A stretch of DNA of 25,214 nt from NCBI GenBank assembly GCA_030622585.1, contig JAUXFZ010000001.1, positions 1 to 25,214 of the forward strand, given 5' to 3'. The notes below the pieces were generated by a model. The model saw nothing but the letters and a program-made list of their open reading frames with translations, did no database searches and had not been told where the DNA came from. The DNA is from Myxococcales bacterium (GTDB lineage Bacteria > Myxococcota_A > Polyangia > Polyangiales > Houyiibacteriaceae). A program made the position numbers and the translations under genes. Shown one piece after another: positions 19,248 to 25,214 of the stretch. Each line of letters opens with the position of its first letter. Positions within the stretch are counted from its first letter, which is position 1.

Positions 19248-20063
19248 TCACGACCTGTAGAGAGGAACTTTGTTGCGTGCCTCACCAATCGTGCGGACCG
19301 CGGCGTCGTGCAACGCCCCATTGGATGCAATTAGCTTTCCGGTGCGTGGGTCGGCGGTGTCGCCCTCGTAGGTCGAAAGCTGGCCGCCCGCCTCCTGCAC
19401 GATCAGCGCTCCCGCGCACATGTCCCACGCGTTCAGCCCTTGCTCCCAGTAGATGTCGTAGGTGCCATCGGCGACGAGGCAGAGGTCGACCGACGCCGCG
19501 CCACAGCGCCGAATGCCTCTGGCCCGCTGCAGAAACAGCGCGAGCTCCGCGTGGTTGTTGTCAGGGTTCGTCCAGCGGTCGTATGGAAAGCCTGTTGCGC
19601 AGACTGCCTCCTCGAGCTGGTCGCGCGTGGACACCGAGCAGGGTTCTCCATTGCGGAATGCGCCCATACCTTTCACGGCCTTCCAGGTGACGCCGAGCGC
19701 CGGCGCGTGGACAACGCCGGCCAGCCCCTCCGATCCACGGTAGAGCGCGATCGACACGCCGAAGAAGAAGTGCCCGTGGGCGAAGTTCGTCGTCCCGTCG
19801 ATCGGGTCGACGTACCAGACCAGCTCGCCTTCGCCGCTCTCCGCGTTCTCCTCTCCTACGATACGGTGCGTGGGGAACTCCCGTGAGAGTTCGTCGCGGA
19901 TCAGATTCTCGCTTGCGAGGTCGTACTCGGTCAGCAAGTCGAAGCGGCCCTTGCGGGAGACCTCCACACCTGAGCGCCAGCCCTGCATCACGAGCCGGCC
20001 GGCTTCGAGCGCTACGCGCTCCGCAACCTCGCCGGCCCGCCGACTGTCCTCCGTCATAGTCAT
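19248..20063 (-). CDS. suhB: Inositol monophosphatase family protein (SuhB-like)
   Basis: IVGEE, WYVDPIDGTTNFAHG, RRCGAASVDLC and WDMCAG motifs; start at 20063 or 20057. Confidence 0.9.
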   Translation of the reverse strand: MTMTEDSRRAGEVAERVALEAGRLVMQGWRSGVEVSRKGRFDLLTEYDLASENLIRDELSREFPTHRIVGEENAESGEGELVWYVDPIDGTTNFAHGHFFFGVSIALYRGSEGLAGVVHAPALGVTWKAVKGMGAFRNGEPCSVSTRDQLEEAVCATGFPYDRWTNPDNNHAELALFLQRARGIRRCGAASVDLCLVADGTYDIYWEQGLNAWDMCAGALIVQEAGGQLSTYEGDTADPRTGKLIASNGALHDAAVRTIGEARNKVPLYRS

Positions 20064-20216
20064 GAAGCCCTGCATTTTTGCGGATTTCTGCTCGCGCGCC
20101 ATCGGCGTTTGGGCGGCCGGTGGGTCTTCGCTGGCCTTTGGACCCCAAAACCCGTAAAAGGCCGTGCGCCGCGGAGCCCGTGATTTGGCCGCTGCCCGAT
20201 GTAGGCAAATGTAGTT

Positions 20217-21920
20217 ATGCCCAACCAGGACATTGTGTCGCCAAGCCTTCGCAATCCATTTGAATTGGATGGAGAGAGCCGCTCCACCAACGATGACGCA
20301 CAGGACGCCGGACCCTACGACGTAGCCCTTCACGAAGGCGAGCAGTTACGCGCGCGCCCGCGCACTGCGGCCGGTCCCGTTCCGATAGGGCGGCAGCATG
20401 CCAAGCGTCGCATGACGGTCTGGGAGCGCCTGGACGCGATCCGCGATTCCGGAACCGACCCGACGATCCTGTATCAAAACTGGGGTCCGAACTTGGACGG
20501 GGCGTCACTCGTCACAGCGGTGATCAAGGTCGAGGGGCGCGACGTCGCTCTCTACGGTCATGACTTCACCCTGCGAGCGGGCTCGATGGACGCGACTAAC
20601 GGGACCAAACTCGCGAACCTCATTCGCCTGGCCGGCAGGCAGGGGATGCCACTGGTCGGGATGAACGACAGCGCGGGCGCGTTCGTGCCGGCAGGCATTG
20701 GTGGCCTCGACGGGTACGCCGAGGCGTTCACGGCACTACGGCGAATCAGCGGCGTGGTGCCGAGCATCATGTGCATGTTTGGATACAACGCTGGCGGCGG
20801 TTCGTACTTGCCGCGACAGGGCAGCTTCATGATTCAGCCCTCGCATACCTTCTTCGGTCTGACCGGGCCCGGCGTCGTGAAGTCAGTGCTCGGCGAGGAC
20901 GTCACTGCGGACGAGCTCGGTGGCCCCGGGGTACACGGGCAGAGCGGCGTCGTGGACCTCACCGTGCGTGACGAGGTGGGCGCGCTGCGAACCGCGCGGC
21001 GCCTGCTGAGCTACCTGCCGTCCAACAATCACGAGCCTGCTCCGTATCAGGAGACGTCGGACCCCGTCGACCGTCCGACCGGCGAGATCGACACGCTCTT
21101 GCGCAAGGCTTTCAACTCGCCGACCGGGTTCAACACGCCGATCGACGTTACCATCTTGCTTCAGCAGATCTGTGATCACGGTGACTACTTCGAACTGCAA
21201 CCGCAGCGGGCCCGCAACACGATCACGGCGTTTGGCCGCCTCGGTGGGCACGTCGTCGGTTTTGTTTGTAACAACAGCGCTGTGGCGTCGGGGCAAATCG
21301 ACGTTGACGCGGCGTTCAAAAACTCTCGATTCATTCGGTTCTGCAATCTCTACAACATCCCGGTGATCTTCATCGAAGACACCACGGGGTTCCTGCCGGG
21401 CCGCGAACAGGAGAGTCGCGGCATCGTGCAGGCGGGCCGTGCGATGCTCGACTCGATTATCGACCTTCGCACGCCACGCCTTCTCCTCATACTCCGCAAT
21501 GCGTTCGGCGGGGCATATGCCGCGTTCAACTGTTATGCGGTCGGCGCGGACCACGTCATGGCGCTTCCGACGACGCGCGTCGCCGTCATGGGCCCCGCCG
21601 GCAAGGAGTTCGTCTACAAGAAAGAGATGCGTGCAATGCGCGCCCAAGCCAAATCGCGCCTGCAGGCGGTGCTCGACGCTGGTGCATCGAGGGCCGACGC
21701 GGAAGCTGAGACGGCCGCCTGGGTCAAAGAGCAAGAGGGGGCGTTCAACGCGCGCTACGAGCAGGAACTCATGAATCCAAGGGAAGCTCTCAGCCTCGGC
21801 TCGATCTCCGAGATCGTCATGCCCGTGGACGTGAGGGCCTCGCTCGCCAAGAACCTCGATTTCTACTTGTCGCACTACACCCCGGAGCCGCTGCAAGCGG
21901 TTCAGCGTGAGTTCCACTGA
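20217..21920 (+). CDS. Acyl-CoA carboxylase, carboxyltransferase subunit (divergent)
   Basis: [67 protein letters not shown]; translationally coupled (TGATG) to the next gene. Confidence 0.92.
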   Translation: MPNQDIVSPSLRNPFELDGESRSTNDDAQDAGPYDVALHEGEQLRARPRTAAGPVPIGRQHAKRRMTVWERLDAIRDSGTDPTILYQNWGPNLDGASLVTAVIKVEGRDVALYGHDFTLRAGSMDATNGTKLANLIRLAGRQGMPLVGMNDSAGAFVPAGIGGLDGYAEAFTALRRISGVVPSIMCMFGYNAGGGSYLPRQGSFMIQPSHTFFGLTGPGVVKSVLGEDVTADELGGPGVHGQSGVVDLTVRDEVGALRTARRLLSYLPSNNHEPAPYQETSDPVDRPTGEIDTLLRKAFNSPTGFNTPIDVTILLQQICDHGDYFELQPQRARNTITAFGRLGGHVVGFVCNNSAVASGQIDVDAAFKNSRFIRFCNLYNIPVIFIEDTTGFLPGREQESRGIVQAGRAMLDSIIDLRTPRLLLILRNAFGGAYAAFNCYAVGADHVMALPTTRVAVMGPAGKEFVYKKEMRAMRAQAKSRLQAVLDAGASRADAEAETAAWVKEQEGAFNARYEQELMNPREALSLGSISEIVMPVDVRASLAKNLDFYLSHYTPEPLQAVQREFH

Positions 21921-24724
21921 TGACTTCCACCGGCCAGACGCACAACCCCCTCATTCATCGGGATCGCCGACTCGGACAGTCGGAGTCCGAATGGGTGCGC
22001 TCGTTCAGTTGCGAGGACATGACAGTCCTCATCGTATGTCGCGGTCCGATTCGGCGGGAGGCGCTCGATGTCTTTGCTGAGATGGGGATGACCGAGGTGG
22101 GGATTCTACTGTCTGAAAAGGACTCCATCGTGTATCCCCGCGCGCTGGCGCCGGAGCTTCGTCGATTGGATCCTTCCCGTGTTCACGCGGTCTCCGACTA
22201 TTCCGGTGCAAACAAAGAGGAGCGCACTGAGCGTATCGCGCAGATCATCGAGATCGCCAAAGACAACGGCTACGACTACATCTTCGCCGGCTACGGCTTC
22301 ATGGCGGAGGACGAAGAGTTCGTCCGTTCGATTGAGGAGTCCGGCCTTCGGTTCATCGGCCCCTGCTCGCACACGGTTCAGGCGGCTGGCTTCAAAGATG
22401 AGGCGAAGCGCACGGCGGAGCGGGTGAACGTCAGTGTCACGCCCGGCATCAACGACGCCACATCGCGCCTTCTTCTCAGGAAGCACGCGGACCGCAAGGC
22501 GTTGAGCAAGCTCGCCAAGAAGCACGGTCTCGACATCGCCGGTCTCAGCAACGATGACATCGAGCTCGAAGCGCTGGCCGATGCGCTGCTGGGGGCTTCC
22601 TACGATGCCGGCATCGACCTCTACACTGTGGACGAGCTTGCCGAACAAATTCAGATCGAAGTGGCCGCGATCCTCGAGAAAGGCGAAGGCAGCCGGATTC
22701 GCCTCAAGGCGATTGGCGGCGGTGGTGGCAAGGGGCAGCGAATCATCGACAGCGCTGACCAAGCGCCGGCGATGGTGCGCGAGATTCTAAGCGAGGTGAA
22801 GACGCTCGGGGTCGGCGACAACAAGAACATCCTCGTCGAGCTCAACATCGAGACGACGCGTCACAACGAAATCCAACTTCTCGGCAACGGCGAGTGGACA
22901 GTTTCCCTCGGCGGACGCGATTGCTCGCTCCAGATGCACGAGCAGAAGCTCCTCGAGGTCTCCATAACGCAAGAGACACTCGGCGCTGCCGTCGAGCGCG
23001 AGCGGGCGGCGGGCAACGAAACCGCCGCCGCCGCGCTCGAGCAAGACCTCACGATTCTCCGTCGGATGGAAGAAGAGGCCGAACGCTTCGGCGAGGCGGT
23101 CAAGCTCGATTCTGCCTCGACGTTCGAGTGCATCGTAGATGGACCGCGCCACTACTTCATGGAAGTCAACACGCGCATTCAAGTCGAGCACCGTGTGTCG
23201 GAACTTTGCTACGCACTGCGCTTCCGCAACCCTGATGACGCGAACGATTGGTTCGATGTACAGTCGCTCGTCGAGGCAATGGCCTTGCTCGCCAAGCACA
23301 AAGCCCGGCTTCCCCGGCCCGAGCGTGTTCGACGGGATGCCGCCGCGGTGGAAGCGCGCCTCAATGCAACGGACCAATCTTTGTCGCCACACGCTGGCGG
23401 GGAGATCATGTCGTGGTCGGATCCGATCGAAGGCGAGATCCGCGATGATCAGGGGATTTGCTTCAAGAATCCCGACACACATTTGTTCATGCGCTACAAG
23501 CTAGCCGGCGCGTACGACAGCAACATCGCCCTCCTCGTGACCACCGGGGACGACCGCCGTGAGAGCTACGAGCGCTTGCGCGAGGTTCTCAGGCGCACCG
23601 TCCTGCGCGGCCCCGATCTCCAGACGAACCTCCAGTTCCACTACGGGCTCGTACACTGGTTCTTGGCGAACGGCGTGGATGCGAAGCCGACGACGCGATT
23701 CGTCGTGCCGTACCTGACGCTGGTGGGAGAGCTTCTGCACGAAGCCAACGAGATCGACCCGGATTACGCGTACGATCGCCTCTGCCGTCAGTATTTGAAG
23801 GCTGCGTCGGGTGATGCTGATGCCGCGCGAGCGACCAGCGAAATTTCGGTGTTGAAGAGGACGCTCCTAGGCCGGCCGCTGGGTCGCCTCCTCCGGCAGC
23901 CACATCTGCTTTCCGCGTGGCTCAGCTCGCACAAGAGCCACTTCGAGGTCAACAACCGCCGCGTCACCTGGCTCCGCAACCCGCTCCTCGTGCTGGCCGA
24001 AACTTACGAGCTTCTCCACATGGATGCCGGAGTGAATCTTCCCGCCGCCCATCGCATTTGGGAGCAAGACCAGGCTGTCCTTCGTGACGGAGCGGCGTTC
24101 TATGCAGGGGTGCAGGAGCGCGTGGGTGACCTGTCTTGGCCGGAGGTCGACCGCCTTCTCAAGGCCGCGAAGCCCGCGAAAGGCTTCGGTGCCAAGCAAT
24201 GGAAGCTGGTGCGTGAGGCGCATCTAGGCTTCCAGCTCGGGATGGAGCTCTACAGCTTGCTTCCGCTGATCGCCGACAAGGTTGGCTTCTTCGACCTTCG
24301 GGTGAACGACGACCTGACGCTCACCATCCCAGAGCGACTCTTCGATCGCGATCATCAAGCGAAGATGAAGAAAGTGCTCGTACCGCCTCCCGTCAACAAG
24401 GCCGACGAGATCGTCGCCGTGAGCGGCGGCATGTACTATGCCCAGGAAGCGCCCGGCCTGCCGTGCTTCATCGAGGAGGGGCAACACTTCGAGGTCGGCG
24501 ACCCGCTCTACATCGTCGAAGTCATGAAGATGTTCAACAAGGTCTATGCGCCGTTTGCAGGAACCGTCGACAAGATACTCGTCGACACCGACGGCACCAT
24601 CGTCTCCAAGGGCCAGCCCCTCTTCAAGGTCACCCCCGACGAAAAGTTCGTCGAGGAAGACCCAATAGCGGCGAAGGCCCGAATAGAGTCGAACACCGAA
24701 CACTACCTCACCGCGGTGGCCTAG
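21920..24724 (+). CDS. Biotin carboxylase - biotin carboxyl carrier fusion (carboxylase alpha subunit), divergent with insertions
   Basis: GYGFMAED, KAIGGGGGKG, RHNEIQ, RDCSLQ..QK, FMEVNTRIQVEH, EARLNA; C-terminal biotinyl domain EVMKMFN. Confidence 0.93.
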   Translation: MTSTGQTHNPLIHRDRRLGQSESEWVRSFSCEDMTVLIVCRGPIRREALDVFAEMGMTEVGILLSEKDSIVYPRALAPELRRLDPSRVHAVSDYSGANKEERTERIAQIIEIAKDNGYDYIFAGYGFMAEDEEFVRSIEESGLRFIGPCSHTVQAAGFKDEAKRTAERVNVSVTPGINDATSRLLLRKHADRKALSKLAKKHGLDIAGLSNDDIELEALADALLGASYDAGIDLYTVDELAEQIQIEVAAILEKGEGSRIRLKAIGGGGGKGQRIIDSADQAPAMVREILSEVKTLGVGDNKNILVELNIETTRHNEIQLLGNGEWTVSLGGRDCSLQMHEQKLLEVSITQETLGAAVERERAAGNETAAAALEQDLTILRRMEEEAERFGEAVKLDSASTFECIVDGPRHYFMEVNTRIQVEHRVSELCYALRFRNPDDANDWFDVQSLVEAMALLAKHKARLPRPERVRRDAAAVEARLNATDQSLSPHAGGEIMSWSDPIEGEIRDDQGICFKNPDTHLFMRYKLAGAYDSNIALLVTTGDDRRESYERLREVLRRTVLRGPDLQTNLQFHYGLVHWFLANGVDAKPTTRFVVPYLTLVGELLHEANEIDPDYAYDRLCRQYLKAASGDADAARATSEISVLKRTLLGRPLGRLLRQPHLLSAWLSSHKSHFEVNNRRVTWLRNPLLVLAETYELLHMDAGVNLPAAHRIWEQDQAVLRDGAAFYAGVQERVGDLSWPEVDRLLKAAKPAKGFGAKQWKLVREAHLGFQLGMELYSLLPLIADKVGFFDLRVNDDLTLTIPERLFDRDHQAKMKKVLVPPPVNKADEIVAVSGGMYYAQEAPGLPCFIEEGQHFEVGDPLYIVEVMKMFNKVYAPFAGTVDKILVDTDGTIVSKGQPLFKVTPDEKFVEEDPIAAKARIESNTEHYLTAVA

Positions 24725-24728
24725 CTTC

Positions 24729-24775
24729 CGCACACTCGCCCAGCTGGCGAGCGACTAGTGTGCGAGAGATTTTTT
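24729..24775 (+). terminator. Candidate intrinsic terminator after the carboxylase operon
   Basis: CGCACACT(24729-24736)/AGTGTGCG(24757-24764) outer stem with inner CTCGCC/GGCGAG stem; T6 at 24770-24775, 5 nt after the stem (imperfect spacing). Confidence 0.4.
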
Positions 24776-24881
24776 CTTGTGGTCGAGCGCGCCCGCAGGA
24801 GCGTAGTGAGAGGCACTCATGTGCCTCGCAGCGGAGCGACGAGGACGTAAGCCGACCACAAGGAAAAAGATCCGCACACTA
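24756..24881. mobile_element. Putative non-autonomous miniature inverted-repeat element (MITE/ERIC-like), TA-flanked
   Basis: TA-GTGTGCG...CGCACAC-TA; 29-30 bp imperfect terminal inverted repeats (9 bp perfect + degenerate T/A tract + 10 bp perfect CTTGTGGTCG/CGACCACAAG); central hairpin GAGGCAC-TCAT-GTGCCTC exactly at the midpoint. Confidence 0.65.
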
Positions 24882-25214
24882 CAAGCGGTCGTCTCGGCTG
24901 GTGGCTAGGATTACACGGTTGCGGCCGGCTGCTTTTGCGCGGAAGAGTGCGCGGTCGGCGGTGGTCATGAGGCGGGCTCTGAGATCGCACGGGGGCTGGC
25001 CGTTGAGGCGGCGCAAGCCCTTTAGGGTCGAGACGCCAATCGAGACCGTGATTGTAGGGAGCGTTCCCCCTGCTCGCATGGGGCCCGCGGTGCTCTGCGC
25101 GACGTGGCTTCGCAGATGGTCTGCGAGCGCGTGGGCGCTTTCTTTCGAGGCGTGCTTCTGGACGACGATGAACTCGTCGCCTCCGAAACGGAACACGTCA
25201 CCGACGCCGGCCGC
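24879..25214 (-). CDS. GGDEF-domain diguanylate cyclase, 5'-truncated by the window edge
   Basis: FRFGGDEFIVV, ITVSIGVS and ADRALFRAKAAGRNRV motifs; the frame stays open to the window end (AAGVGDVFRFGGDEF). Confidence 0.92.
   Translation of the reverse strand, partial: AAGVGDVFRFGGDEFIVVQKHASKESAHALADHLRSHVAQSTAGPMRAGGTLPTITVSIGVSTLKGLRRLNGQPPCDLRARLMTTADRALFRAKAAGRNRVILATSRDDRL

Noticed and set aside
17862-21917. 388-aa alternative-frame ORF within the kinase and 344-aa antisense ORF within the carboxyltransferase
   Set aside because: Fully nested in motif-supported genes; no domain signal.

Overview
A high-GC, gene-dense (about 22 genes) window that looks like core chromosome of a myxobacterium. 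The assignment to Myxococcota, probably Polyangia, is inferred from protein styles: DUF4388/receiver/TPR membrane proteins, an MCP with an [10 protein letters not shown] tip, a PEGA-like protein and small lipoproteins. Housekeeping genes are trpS, tatB-tatC, gyrB, a suhB-like inositol monophosphatase and a NodI/NodJ-like ABC exporter. Signalling genes are an MCP, a single-domain response regulator, an unorthodox hybrid kinase, a pseudo-receiver/DUF4388 membrane protein and a truncated GGDEF gene. Acyl-CoA/lipid genes are a methylmalonyl-CoA-epimerase-like VOC protein, an SCP2 protein, a trans-2-enoyl-CoA-reductase-like SDR and a divergent two-subunit biotin-dependent carboxylase. I found no rRNA, tRNA, CRISPR array, transposase, prophage or defence island. 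The strongest signals outside the ORF track are non-coding. (1) A 126-bp TA-flanked, perfectly centred MITE/ERIC-like hairpin element lies at 24756-24881 and supplies the GGDEF stop codon; a 14-bp copy of its end sits on the gyrB stop codon. (2) At least six genes show a sigma70-type -10 box 6-9 nt before the start codon with no Shine-Dalgarno, suggesting frequent leaderless transcription. Protein-level oddities include an MCP of roughly 60 heptads built from 28-residue repeats with no sensor domain, and a carboxylase with substituted motifs and large insertions. I see no clear evidence of a complete new multi-gene system; the candidates are hypotheses to test.
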